A stretch of DNA of 64,000 nt from Hydrolagus colliei (taxonomy: Eukaryota): contig CM068756.1 of the NCBI GenBank assembly GCA_035084275.1, forward strand, positions 7,936,001 to 8,000,000, given 5' to 3'. Under the pieces are notes generated by a model. That model saw only the letters and a list, made by a program, of their open reading frames with translations. It had not been told where the DNA came from and did not search any database. Of this stretch, positions 1 to 13,077 are shown piece after piece (position 1 is the first letter of the stretch; each line of letters starts with the position of its first letter). The position numbers and the translations under genes are program-made.

Positions 1-974
1 CTGGACACAACCTTAAAAGGAATTGATTAAAAATAACTTTGCATAATAATTTTTATAATTTATGTAAGTTATTTATAATATACAAGTTTGTTTTAATTTA
101 TGGAGCAGTGTTATTTTGAAATAAATTCCTAAAGTGTGTTCCATTTTAAACTTCCTTCCTGAGAATATTGAAAGAGTTCACAAGATCATGCCATGAAAGG
201 ACAATTTGAATCACAGCAGGCATTAAATGATCAGAAAATAGAAATACGTAGTCCAAAATGTTGTAATGGAAAAAATTAATTACGTTTTTTTCATGTGGCT
301 GTGCTTTGCATACAAACAAGTTCATTTAGAGTTGCATTTTTGTGGTCATTATAACTGTGGCATGAAACTTATTTGCCTGTTGGAAGAACTCCCAAACTAA
401 TTATTACAAGCATGGATGTCATTAGAAACATGGGAGCTGGGAGAACCTAAGTAGAATGTGTGTGAATCTAGCCACCTAAACTGACATCACACACCACCTG
501 GTGAAAGAGTATCCCATACTCCAATCCACCCTCTTTTTATGTGATTCTAGTCAGGTTATTGGTGAAGAAAGACGCCTCTTCCTTTACAAGAAGAGGAATC
601 ATGCAAGGGTATGACTGTAAAAGCCAGGCACTAATTCACTTTGAATAGGTCAGTCTGAAGAAGCAGGAGTCAATCCTTGTATTAACTGATCTCCATTGGG
701 TTCATCATGACTGCACTCCTTTCTTTGATGTTTTTGCAAATGGGTGGTTTAATTAACCCTATAGATTCCATGTAGAAAACTTGGGCACACCAACCATTCT
801 ATCAGAGCTCATCTCAACAGGGATAAAGTGCCTTAATTTGTAGGATTCCATGAGTTTGTGCAGATGAAGCTCGACGGCATTTGTTTATAGAAATGCAGTA
901 ATATCTCACCTTACACACCTGGAATAAAAATCACTCACTTTTAAAAGAAAACCATTATAGATTTTTAACTCCTA

Positions 975-1178
975 CAGTAAAAGCCCATTTATCCGGCACC
1001 CTCGGGACCTGGCCAATGCCGGTTAAAGCGCCTGCCGGATATTTGGCTGAAAATGCAAAATGCATTTTTCCGGATAAATTCCAGTTAATTGAAATGCGGA
1101 CTTTTTTTTGCGATGCCGGTTATACGGAAGTTATGGTTGATCGGGTGCTGGATAAATGGGCTTTTACAAGAAAAACTG
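975..1178. mobile_element. Tc1/mariner (Tigger/pogo-like) MITE
   Basis: TA|CAGTAAAAGCCCATTTATCCGGCACCC at the left; GGGTGCTGGATAAATGGGCTTTTAC at 1143-1167 is a 24/25 reverse-complement match. Terminal CTG|TA at 1176-1180 follows a short A-rich insertion. CpG-rich relative to flanks. Confidence 0.8.
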
Positions 1179-4100
1179 TATTAAAAAAAAGTGTGTGAAT
1201 TGCAAAAAAAAACTGTTGTAGAAGTTGTTCTCGCAACTTTTCTGCTGGTGGTTGAGAAGCAAAAGGTCACTCATATGAATGAGTAATTCTCAGCCCAAGG
1301 TTAGTGGGTCATAGAAACCTACAGGAAGGTGGAAATGTGTTTCATTCTGAAGTTTCTTTCAAAATGTCTTTTGTCATCAATTGAGACAGGTGAAAACCCC
1401 CCCCCCCGCTAAAAAGTTCCTAATTCCATATAGTAGCAGTTTCAGTTGGCAAGTTATTGATTGTACGTATCCCCTTCATACAAACCCCTCTTATCTATGG
1501 CTCGGTTGACAGACACCAACCCAGCAGGAATCCTAAAGGGTACATCGGGAGCGCTACTGAAATTGAACCAGCTGAATCTGTGTAGCTTACCAGTAAGCGC
1601 TCTGAGACGCCGACCGGCATGGAGGGCCCTGTATAAATAGAAGTTGTTGTTGTAAGAGAGAGACACTTGTTTTTGTAACAGACACCGGGAAACTTCTTAT
1701 TAGTTGTCCTGCCTGGAGCACTTTTCCCGTAGGCATTGGCTTGCATGGTTACCTGGAGGTGCCAAGTGGCATTTTGTAAGTCCCATTGATTGTTCAGGTA
1801 TTCAGGTTAGCTGTTAGCATTGCCGTGAAGCAACTCGGACCTGCAAGTAGCTGTTGGATTATCAAGCCCTCCAGATAAAGCAACACAAAGCAACTCTATT
1901 CCCTTTTCCAGGCTTGTCACCATGGAGTCGACTCAAATCCAGTGAAACCTCCTTCCAAGGAGGATCATACTCTTGATACCATTATATTTTTTGCGTGGTT
2001 TATTGCTTCTCGATGGATTATTTGTTCTTCCAAAATGTTGGTTTATAGGGAAATAATATTGTTCAACTATTGCAATTTATTGATGCAATCTTAACTTTTT
2101 CAGCTAGGCTTACATTATTAATGTTTAATCCTTTCAAATATTTAATTTTAAATATTAAATTGTTATATAACCACTGAGTGAAGTGTCATGATTCACCCAC
2201 AATTGCGCTACTATTTATTCACACTCATTAATTGCACCCAATGATGCACTATTTCACTTTGCAAGTGCTGTACTGTATATTGATGTGCAACATGAATTAA
2301 CCCCAATGTGACATGCAGTGAGCAGAGAGATATAGAACAAGAGTGACACGTTTCCTAATTTTCAGAGTCCCAGTGTTATTCATGGTGCAGTGTGTAGCAC
2401 TAAAACTTTCCAATGTTTCTTTTACATGTCTGGGAGTGATGAGACATTGCTTGCTAAGGTATACAGATGTCGGAAGCCTTATTCATTTTTGTCTGTTTGT
2501 TCTGAATCACTCTCCCTGGAGCCTAAACAGAGTTCTGTGCCTCTGTAACAAATACACGTTAGCTGCATGACTTACACAGCAATACACTTGCAAAGTGAAA
2601 CGAGACATCATTGAGCGCAGTTAATGAGTTTTAACAAACAAGGTCCATGAGTGCAGGTGAATTATGAAATATTGCTCAGTGGTTAAATAAAAAATTTAGA
2701 CAGTAACTATCTTGGTGTAAGCTGCATCCATGGTATCCACCGGAGATTTGAAATCTTCTGGTACTGAAATCCCAACAGGTACATTATCCTTTCAGTGATT
2801 TACTTGCTGAACTTACCGACTTTGGGGTAATTCTGTTGAAATCTCTACATGTGTTGCCAGTTAAAATATGTCTGTGTACTTTTAAAATCTGTCTGGCGTG
2901 GAGCTCACCCTGGCTGTACAGTGTGTGCTAGCTTGGTGCACTGCTGCACTTTTATCTTCTTTAATGCTAACCATTCGCTCCCTGAAATGTTTCAGTATCT
3001 GTTGCTTCCTTTCCAGGCAGATGAAAGGTCGCTCTTCCCTGTAATTGATCGTTGCTGTCTCCTGACCTGCATAAGATACCTAATTAAAGGTATTTAAAGC
3101 AGCCAATAGTGCAGCTGGCCCAGTTGAAACTTACATGCAACAATTGTCTTCAGAAGGAAGTGGGGGAAGCTATTAATGCTTCTTGTCCTATGTGTTTCTG
3201 TTTACCTTGAATTAGAATACTTATAAATTCATACAACCCCAAAAAGAAAGGGAAGTGGCTTTCAGCCATTCGATAAACCCACACTAATGTAAAATCACTT
3301 CTAAAGCCTAGAATTCCTTTCATCAATTTTGCATGTGCACTGAACTTGTGTTCTTGGATGAAAATCTGTAAATTTGTTCCTAGGACTGCATGGAATCAGC
3401 AGACAAATGTTTATCAAATCTGTTGAGCACTTAATGGCATTCATTAAACTAATACAGTGCAAACAGCAGTGACTCTGGGCTTTGATCAGTCAAGCTGCCT
3501 TTCCAGTAGGCTTTGGAGCCAAGACGTTTCCCTTTCATCATCTGGGCTTTGCTGGAGCTGACATGTTGATTAGAAACACAGATGGTGGAAAAAAGGCGCT
3601 GGTTGGGGGGTGGGGTGCATTTCAAGCGGGAAAGTCAGCCATGACAATTGGCACATGGTAGGGAGTCGGAGTTGGGAAAAGAACAAGCCAGCTTCTGGTG
3701 TTCATTGTGTTTTGAAAACTGCAGACACTTTTACTTTCTTTCTCAGTGTTGAATCTGCAACTGAACGTGATGTCCAGGATTAGCTCGACGTTTCCGTCGA
3801 GTCAACCCTCGCGCTGATTAGCCACATTCTCACAGCAATTAAATAGTTCAGGTCCTTTAATCCTTCCTGAAGAATTTAAAGGATTTCTTTCGTGAGACAA
3901 TTAGTAGATCCCTAAAGCTGCAGGTTTGTGCACTGAGGGATTGGAAGAATTGTACCTGCAGCGTCTGAGCAACTGGTCTTAAGTGTTTGGGGAGAGCAAG
4001 TAGCAAGTTTGTTCATTGCTCCTGGGGATCACAGATCCATCCGAGCAACACTCTTGCAAGGTGCAGTGTTCTTGTTGATGTATGTTTGAAGTAAAACAGT

Positions 4101-6199
4101 CCAATTCATGTCATTTTTCATCCTCCCAATGTGAAAGGCTCTATATATAAATGTGAATTTGTATCGAATTTTAATCTTTGCAAAAGTGATTATTATTTTG
4201 ATGTAACATGTATTGCCTTTTCAAATTCTGTTCCCAAATCTTCGAGGAAGCTTACAGAAAGTCACATTGCCATCAAGGTCATATTATGTGACCAATGACA
4301 TTAGATTTGAGAATGGGGGTCAGTCAGAGCAATCGGTGTGAATAGCTCAGGAGTGTCACAGTATTTGGATAAATGCATCCCCCCCCCATCCTGTGTTCTC
4401 TTTAATGGGAGTCTAGGGCATCTAGTGGCTGTGTTTAGCACAGGAGGCGCAGGCCTGATTGTTCCAGCATCGTGCACACTAATCTCAAACCACAGAAGAA
4501 ATGAAACATCTCCATTGTGTAAAATCAGTGACACCAACTGCGCTGTATTGCAACAGTTATCTTACTCACATTAGATCACAAGATTAGCTTGGATAAAGAA
4601 AGCCCTTCAGCACAACTGATCTCATCCTTTCAGTGTAACCTTGCCTTTTTTTCATCACAGCATCAACCTGCTTTTTTTTTGGAAAGTGTCCTGGCTTCTT
4701 GCCACAGTTAGACTCTGTCTAGATACCAGTCCAGAGTCATCAGAACCTAGATTCACAATACTAGAGAATCGTGCACAGAAGGGACTGTCAGTATTGCACG
4801 TTACACTGTACTCTTGAGTTATTATGAAGGTGGTATGAAATGTACTGCGGTAGGTATGTAAGTTGCACTCAGACTGTATCGTCATGAAGCCAGCTCAAGT
4901 ATTCATCCTTCTCCCATCCGCTCTTGGACTTGGAAAAAAGGTTGTAATGCTACAGTATATGTGGGCCTTGTTCAGAGCATCAGCAAGGAGCTGTGTGCCA
5001 GAGAGGTACAACAGTCTTTTCTTTATCTTGATCAACTTAATATGAAGAGTAATCTATAATTTTTCTTTAAAAAACTAATAATGCAGCTAATGGATTCTTA
5101 TTCGTTTGAAGGTCCATTTCAAAACTCTGACTGTTTTATCTTTATTAAAAAAAAATTATGCAGTAATTTTTCTGCAGTAATTTTCATCCCGTGCCCCTGG
5201 CCCTACATCAGTCAGTTTTACTACAAATAATAAAATTCTTGCTCGGACATGATGGGTGATGACGTGTCTGGAATTTACTAACAATCTGTCACATGAGATT
5301 GTAATGAACAATGGTGCAGTGCTGCAATGAAACTAAAATAAGAGTATCTTTCACACTTGTCAGTCCCATTCCGTATTTACAGCAAGTCCAGAAGATGCTT
5401 TAACTTTGTGCTTTGTTATAAACGTGGGTGTGTTGGCATGCATACAGATATGCTGAAACTGGTGTGGCTGAGATCCTTCGAGGTTGCAAGAGATTATATA
5501 CATCATTAAAACTGAAACACTCTGAGGAAAGAGGCTGCTGCGTTTGTCTGGTCGGCCATTGCTACAAAAAAATTTGCTCGTTTGTTCTTTTTGACAGGAA
5601 AGAAATTCTGCTATAAAGATATCATATGTTCTGTTTGGGCATTTCTCAGTAACTCACTTTCCCTTTCTCTCACATCATAAAGCTGCTATTATTTATTGAA
5701 CAGTAATACTTCCACTTCCTGCCATAAGAGGCAAAACTGTGCAGCAAAACCTTGGAACCGCATGGTGATAGGGACTGAACAAATTAGTGGTCATAATTCA
5801 CTGTGAAGAGTTAAATGGTAAATCTGAAATGGAAATGCTAAATACAGTATGTAATACAAAGGTAGTCACGTTTAGTATAGACTATAATTCCTCTGTGAGA
5901 TTCCGAAGATGATATAAATGGCTTAAGGTTAAACCTTTGTGGTTTACTGTCTCTAGAATGGCAGGCTTGTAGCACAATCTAAACCTGCTTTACTTATATA
6001 TACATAAATTCCAGCATGCAAAACTCAGTTGGATATTTTTTTTTCCTGTACCAAGTAACGCTCAACAAACTGATCAGGAAGCAATGCTGAAATAGTGGCA
6101 CGTCAAGTAAAATAACCTAAAGCATTTACGTTACCCATTTGTACTTGTTTGAATCCAGTGTCAATGTAACATAAATTGGTACTGTCCTTAGCAGATAGA

Positions 6200-6487
6200 C
6201 TAAGTGGTCTGGATGCTATCCTGTGTGAAGGGTGCTATATAAATGCAAGGATTATTATTAAGTTGTTGTAGGGATTGTGTGCTATATAAATGAAAGTTGT
6301 TGTTGTAGTGATTGTGGTGATATACTGGCATAGTAAGTATGAAAATGTGATGTTCTTATAGTATTTATACTGTAATTATTTTTCGCCCATGAATATACAA
6401 TCAATTCACTTTACAGTATATTCTGTGAAGCGCTTTGAGATGTCTAGAAAATGTGAAAAGCACTATAACAAATGCAAGGATTATTAT
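6200..6487 (+). mobile_element. Cluster of three SINE/L2-type 3' tails
   Basis: Repeated gtgaa(a/g)ggtgctatataaatgcaag(gatt/ttgtt) tails at about 6225, 6280 and 6450. Confidence 0.65.
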
Positions 6488-9400
6488 GTCACTGGAGCAC
6501 ATAAAATATAAAAGTGGGATGTGAGGACTATTGGTACAGATGTGATGGTCTGTAGCCCAGTTTCTGCAGAATAAATGTTGAAAAGGAAGCTGGATGGGTA
6601 CTTTGGAAGTAAGTGTGGTAAAGACATGGAGAAAAAGATGATCAAGTATAATTAAAAAGATAGATCTTCCCATATAAATCAATCTTATACATTGATACAG
6701 TAGATTTGTTTCTATAGGCTTTGTTACTGAGACATGGCTTCAAACCGTGGCAGCTCTCAATTCAATGCTTAGAGATAAGGAGCTCTGCCTCATATTGGGT
6801 AAAATGGGGCTAATGAGCCCTCTTTGGAGTGTGAGTCTTTGCTTAGAACCACGCTGTTCACTTCAGATTGCTGGCCTGCGTGCCTATTAAAACCGTGTAG
6901 TGCACAAGATAACATAATTTTCATTCATACAGCAATCTGTATTAAAGCATGCCAGCCCATCAGCACCTCAGAAATGGGCCCATTTCCAACTAGTTTACCT
7001 TGGCACCACTTCCTTAATTTATTTCCAGTTCCCACTTGACGCCATGGCTGGGAGTCGGTGTCTCTGTGTGTGGTGGCTGCAAATGGGAATAAATATTGTG
7101 GCTTGTGGGATACTTTTGAATTTCAGTGTCACATGATTCATAGATTCCAATGGTTTGATGTTTCTTGTATTCCATGCTTGCTGCAAAGCACAGTGGTGTA
7201 ATTGTGTGGATCTGCCTCTCTCACACCTGACAAGGCTCTGTTCATCGAGAGTAATGCATCTTGTGATTTTAAAAAATTGTACCTAGTTGGGTGAATGGCA
7301 CTCTAAAATACTCTAACAATGCGCAGTTCCTTTAAGTTTGAACATTTAAAAAAATCTGTAACATCTATTCCACTTTTGTGATTATTAGTTTCATTCTGCG
7401 CATTTCCTCAATGTTTGTGACTGGGCACATCAATTTTTGTTGATGGTGTGGGGCAAGGGTGAATGTGATGGAAGGAGTCTTTTATATCGTGGCTAAAAGG
7501 AGAGAAGATTGACAAGCAGATCTTGAATTCATAGTTAACTAGGACTTCCTCTGTGCTTGTTGGTTGGGTGGGGGAGGAGGCGTAGAGGATAATGAAACCC
7601 ACTGATATAATTCCCTGGTTCTCCCAACTTTCCCTATTCTCAATGTTCAAGCACACTTGGGGCACACATTTCTGCAGGTTGGTAAAATTGTTACTCTTAA
7701 TTTGTGTGCTTCTATTGGGATTTCCGATTGTAGACCCGAGCCAGCTGTGCCAGTAACTTTATCAACCCTCCAGGTTTTCCCTTGTGCCTTGTACAGTGCC
7801 CACATCTGAAGGAACAGTCAATCCTTCTGTTCCAAACTGAGGAATCGCTTTAAAAACGTGTCAGAAATCATCAGGATCTTAATTTTCGGGGGTGGATTAC
7901 CATAACCTTTAAAGTCATTATAGATAATAGGAAGGACAAAACGATTTGAAAAATTGAAATAAGGCAAGTGGTTTACCAAGGTGCCTTAGAAGAGTATTGT
8001 GAGGGTTACATTATCACTGTTATTTCAATCTGTTTCACGCAGAAATTACACAGGCAATCCACTTTACAATATATTCCGTAAAGCGCTTTGAGACGTTTCT
8101 ACAACGTGATAAGGGGCTATATTCAAACGCAAGGATTATTATTATTTAAAAGGTAATAAATGCTGCGACTTGAATCTTCCATTTATTAAAGAATGCTTCT
8201 AGCTAAATCGGGGAAATGGGGGCACTTCTGCTATCCTCATCACAAAGATACAAACCAGATATAAACCATTTCCTAAGTAAATTCTTATGCTGCCTTTTAT
8301 TAAGGATTCCAAAAGCGCCTTTCCTTTTCTCTCCCCATAGGTGTTGGTACATCTTGAATCACTCAGGACCCACATGGATTAGATTGCCTAGATCCAGCAA
8401 CAACCAGACAGGAAAAGATGTTGACATTGCTGACGGGACATTTATTTTCAACCCGATGGTTCACAAAGCGAGTTGGTTTAGAACTCTTAAAATAGACAAT
8501 TGCAATTCTTCCTTATTAGTAGAGAATAAAAGTTTCCCCCATCGCGCTCATGAGATGCAAAGAAACAATGCATTGAATAAAAGCCATTGGGAGTCGGTAT
8601 CCAAACTCTTTCAGCATTTTAACCATGTAATCTACTTAAGTCCTTCAGTTTGAGTTTCCAATATGCTGCTGTCTGCCTCAAAATCTAATGCACCCTTTCA
8701 AGTCTGGAGAACCACCTGGTTATCAGGAAATTTCATTTAAACCTTGCTTTGTCACATCTGTTAACTTTTAAGAAATTCAGACATAAATATAGTAGTCAAA
8801 CCAGTCACAGACTAAAATTATACTCTAAAACTTCAGAAGATAATAAAATGTGATAAACCTTCGCCTTTGATGTAACATCCCATTTAAGGAAAGACTCTGT
8901 TGTAGCCTTGTCAGGAAGAATTCTTTTTAATATAGAGTCTCTCACTTTTCGCCTCTCTCACTCTCTCTCTTATAATGCTTATATTAAAAAGCCTTCAGAC
9001 TATTGGCCAAGTTAATTCTATAAATTTACCTGTGAGGCTCACAGAGCGTGCAGTTCAAAAGAAGTCAGATTTGGGGGAAATTTGGAATCAATGAAACTCG
9101 CCAAAAAACAAGGATTTATTTAAACATAGTTTTCTAAATTTATAATGTTTATTGTGGCAAAGGGAACCATCTGACTGTTGGCAGACACTACGCAGCACGT
9201 TATAGAGCCAGAAATGTGTATGTGTGCTCATCTGGGTTACTTGAGTGCTTGTGGCTAAATCATGTGTGGATGTAACGCTGCTAGGAAGATGTCATTTTAT
9301 TAAATGACCACAAATAATTTTTAAATCGTTCTTTAAACTCGCACTTCAACTTCAACTTCGCTTCAACCCGCACCGTGCTCCTAATTTCATTTGTATATTT

Positions 9401-10784
9401 ATTTTTGAGGCTGGTTGAAATAACCATCATCTTTTTATTCTGAACACTGTTTCTAATGCTTTCATGAGACGAGACGCATTGTTTGCAAGACCTCCTTGGC
9501 AGGTTGATTTCCCGGTAGAAATGAAAAACTCTACCTGAGCTATTACAGGATATTCAAGACTCCATCTCTCTTGATTTTTCTATTCCCCTGCAGATCTCTG
9601 TCCCACCCCTTTGCCTCTATGGGGTATGGAGCAGAGTAAAGCAGTGCACGTTTTTGCTATATTTCTGCTACATGTGTGTTTACACAGCCAGTTCAATTGG
9701 AAGCAGTTTTGTTTGAGCTGACACGGAATTACAGCAAAGGTGCAGGGGTTTCAAAGTCATGACTTGATCCACTGGACTTCCCTGATTTCAGCAACACTGA
9801 CCGTTTGGTTGTGCTGAGAGCGCAGGCTGCCTGTGGCGGTGAGAGAAGTGTGGAATTTTGCTGCAGGCTGTTCATTTTCAATCAGATAATTATTATGTGC
9901 GTCGTAAAATGCTAATGCAAAATAGAAGTGCAGTTGCTAAACCATCCCTGTATAACCAATGTAATTTCACCTCATTGAGTTTCCCAGCCTTCCTCAGTCT
10001 TTGCTACTTCAATCAACAACATCAAAATTGCACTTTGAATCGTGCCAGCGATGAAATATATACATATGACGGCAATTCTATTAATAAAGGTTGGGATTGT
10101 TTTAAATGAGAAGTTTGCACGTCTTAAACATGAAACAACCCAGTTCTTCCTTCAGTCTTTCACATTAAAGTGCTGACCACCCAGAGAGAGGTCTGTGAGA
10201 CTAATCTTAAGGGACTTTACAGAATGTCCTAAAAGCCTTATCAGTTGTGACCTTGATTTTCTGGGGATTTGGAAAAATCCCAGGCAAGCTTTACAAAATG
10301 TTTCTTTTTAGGACTCTAGAGTGAAGACGTGATCCTTTTCAGTGGGTCATATTATAAGACCTAAATCCAAGTCACTGAACTTGTACAGTGATTGGAGGGG
10401 TGGTGGTGGGGGGTGGGGAGGTGTGCGATAATGGGAAATGGACTTTCTGCCAAGTGCCTTTGATGTTGGAATTGAGGCCCGTCAAGTCAGTACCTTTAGG
10501 ATTATGACGGTAACACACAGATTGTGTGGCCATACCTAACCAGAACCTTCAAGCTATGGCAGATCCAGAACATGTACAAAGCCAACTAGTTTTTGCTGCA
10601 AGGGGTGACAGTTATTTTTATTTCACTTCAGTGCAGGTGCAATACCATAGAAGAAACGCAGATAAAATGCAGACCCCGGCTGATTTGGATCAATTAATTA
10701 GTGAGGAAATGTGACGTGGTACTGAATCAAACAGGTGGCATGAGATTTGATGCAGTATTGTTTTACTGAGTCTGTTGATAATAT

Positions 10785-11104
10785 TAATAATAATAATCCT
10801 TGCATTTTGATATCGCGCTTTTCACATCTTATCGACGTCTCAAAGCGCTTCACAGAATATACGGTAAAGTGAATTGACTGTGTACTTGTGGGCGAAATGT
10901 GACAGCCAGTTGCACACAGCAGCGTCCCACAAGCAGTCATGGATTGAAATGACCAATTTTATTGTTGTGGTGTTTTTGGAGGGATTATTATTAGGCGTGT
11001 ACAGTAAGGAAACTTGCCCAAGGTTTTGCCCTGATCTGCCTGGATTCGAACACAGGTCTCACGCTTGTAAGGCAAGTGCTTTAACCACTGAGCTACAGGA
11101 GCTC
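10785..11104 (-). mobile_element. Near full-length tRNA-derived SINE (family A)
   Basis: Minus strand starts ctcctgTAGCTCAGTGGttaaagcac...GTTCGAATCCaggc (Pol III A and B boxes) and ends gcgctttgagacgt...aaatgcaaggATTATTATT. Clearly similar to copies at 52303 and 62921. Confidence 0.85.
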
Positions 11105-12409
11105 AGTTTGGGTGACAATGTTGGAGAGTACAGATTGGTTCAGTCGCCTTGAGCTAAATGTCTTCCTCTGCTGTAATCTACCATTTTGACTTCTCCCTTC
11201 CCCTTTCATCCCAGAGGTAAAACAGCTAGCAACTCTGAATCTCCTTCAGCATGTATAAATGTCACCTTGTTTACAGTGGTCAGGTAGTATGTAATGCTGT
11301 AATAAATCAAAGTTGTTGTTGATGTGAATTTTAGGAATATTAATTCCTCCAAATGGATTCATTATTTTTTGCTCCCTCAACAGTACTTCTGGAATATTCT
11401 CATTGCAAACTGAAAAGCAGAATTAGTCTGGAATTGAGTTGGAGAAATAAAGGTTAAATAGAAATAACATACAGCTGTACAATGCATCTATATTCTATGT
11501 GATTTGGGAATACAATATGTTGCAGAAGTCTATCTTATTTTCCGCGAAGTTTGCAGGTCATAAAAACGCTGAGACAATTACCTTGCCAAGACCCAAACTG
11601 AAACAGGAAAGAAATAAGATAATTTAAGTGTAACCAGACAAAAGTTAGGGAGGGCATTTGCGAGTCTGCTAAAAATGTGCTAATACTTGTGTGACCTTAC
11701 TGGATGTGTTGTGTGATTGAAGATTTTGTAATCATCTTTGCAAGTTAGATGTTGAAACCTATTTCCAGTAGGCATAGTGACTTTGAGGGAAAGGCTGCTG
11801 AGGGATTCCTATTGATGTATTTGGGAGTGAAGCACTCTGTGCACTCTCTCTTCCTAAGGCCACCAACTGTTGATGTTGCTCATTATTCTTCCCTTATTAG
11901 CCAATTGGCCTATACCTGTTCCAGTTACCCCGACACTGCACTGGTTTGTTTTTCCTCAGCTCAGTGATTAGAAGGAAGGCAATATCTTTTTAATGTGTGG
12001 AGTGACTGCTTCTTTGTACGGTAGCCTGCAAATACAGTGTTTGCTGCTTAGTTGGAGTGTGTACTGATTTGGGGGTAGTTATCTGTTTCTCCCAACCTCG
12101 ATTTGCTGCAGGAAATACCACACAAGAATGTGTAGTGGAATAGTAGTGCTAAGCAATATAGCGTTAATGGTGTCCTTTTATCTTTAGAAATGCACATTTT
12201 TGGGTGGAGGAAAGGCAACTACAGAAGCTTTTGCATCAATATTGCGGACTCCGATCCCTAAGGGCTTTTAGTTCAGATCTAAGCTTTGACTGCCTTTAAA
12301 CTACGTTCCACTTAATTGGCGGATAGGCCAGGGCACTGTAGCAGAGTGCTACCTCTCAGTGGGTGAAGGGAAGATGTGGGATCACTCGTGTGATTTCTCA
12401 CCACCCTCT

Positions 12410-12460
12410 CCCCCCCCCCCCCCCCCCCCACCCCCACACACGACACACAACACACACCAA
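12410..12460. repeat. Poly-C run (about 20 nt) followed by an imperfect CA repeat
   Basis: Read directly from the sequence. Confidence 0.9.
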
Positions 12461-13019
12461 CAAACATAAGCACAATAAGTGCTTCCTTTCTATGATGGTT
12501 GAGATATTGTGTCGACCGATCTGTTCTTGTTTGACTTAGCTACAAACACAAATAGTTAACTTTGGTAATATTTGTAAATATGTACAAACAGTGGATTCAG
12601 TTTCAGGGATGCTGTGGCTAGTAGCCACAAAGTGTAATTAATAACTGTTGCATAGGAAAAGTTTCAGGCAGGGGTAGGGGTAGACAGACCCATTATCCAA
12701 CCCATACAAGTTTCCCAACAGATTCCTTTGTTACACACCATCTACAGCATTTTACTCCTTCTTAACAATTCAGAATTCTTTTAATTTCCAGGAATTTGGG
12801 CAGCTCCTGTTTGTGAGCAAACGCATTGCATCACATTTATTTTCTAAAAACAAAGGCACGCCTTGCCTGGAAGCTATTTTTGTCAAATAAGCACTGCTTA
12901 AATATATTGTTCTTCTTTTACATATGGGCTATTTTGGGATGTTTTACGCTAATATAAAACAGTAGGTTATTATGTATTACGTACTGCAGGCACATAATTA
13001 TTTGGGATTTGTTTTACAG

Positions 13020-13077
13020 GGTTCAACTGGTGAATTTGGCAGAGAACGATACAGTGAAGATCATTATCCTTTGGAAG
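13020..13077 (+). CDS. NKD1: NKD1 coding exon (equivalent to human exon 4): GSTGEFGRERYSEDHYPLE(V)
   Basis: Acceptor tttgttttacAG (13018-13019) and donor AAG|GTAACT. 58 nt, phase 0 to 1. It joins the next exon to give ...HYPLE-VALPPEKTD, matching the NKD1 '...LEVALPPEKTD' junction. The exon itself is poorly conserved, so the call leans on splice signals and phase. Confidence 0.8.

Noticed and set aside
16-30. Possible NKD1 upstream exon (KGI.. motif)
   Set aside because: aaa gga att gat taa reaches a stop at once and has no splice context. The 5' exons must lie upstream of the window.
1900-1945. Acceptor followed by a Kozak-like gtcaccATGG
   Set aside because: The ORF is only MESTQIQ-stop, with no convincing donor nearby.
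8216-8653. 145-aa ORF, and similar ORFs at 16929..17357, 50298..50795 and 53321..53725
   Set aside because: No recognisable domain, no supporting splice structure, and composition typical of chance ORFs in intronic or intergenic DNA.
11030-11104. tRNA gene on the minus strand (also at 63160-63228)
   Set aside because: A and B boxes are present, but the 5' and 3' ends do not form an acceptor stem and the sequence runs on into a SINE body repeated elsewhere.
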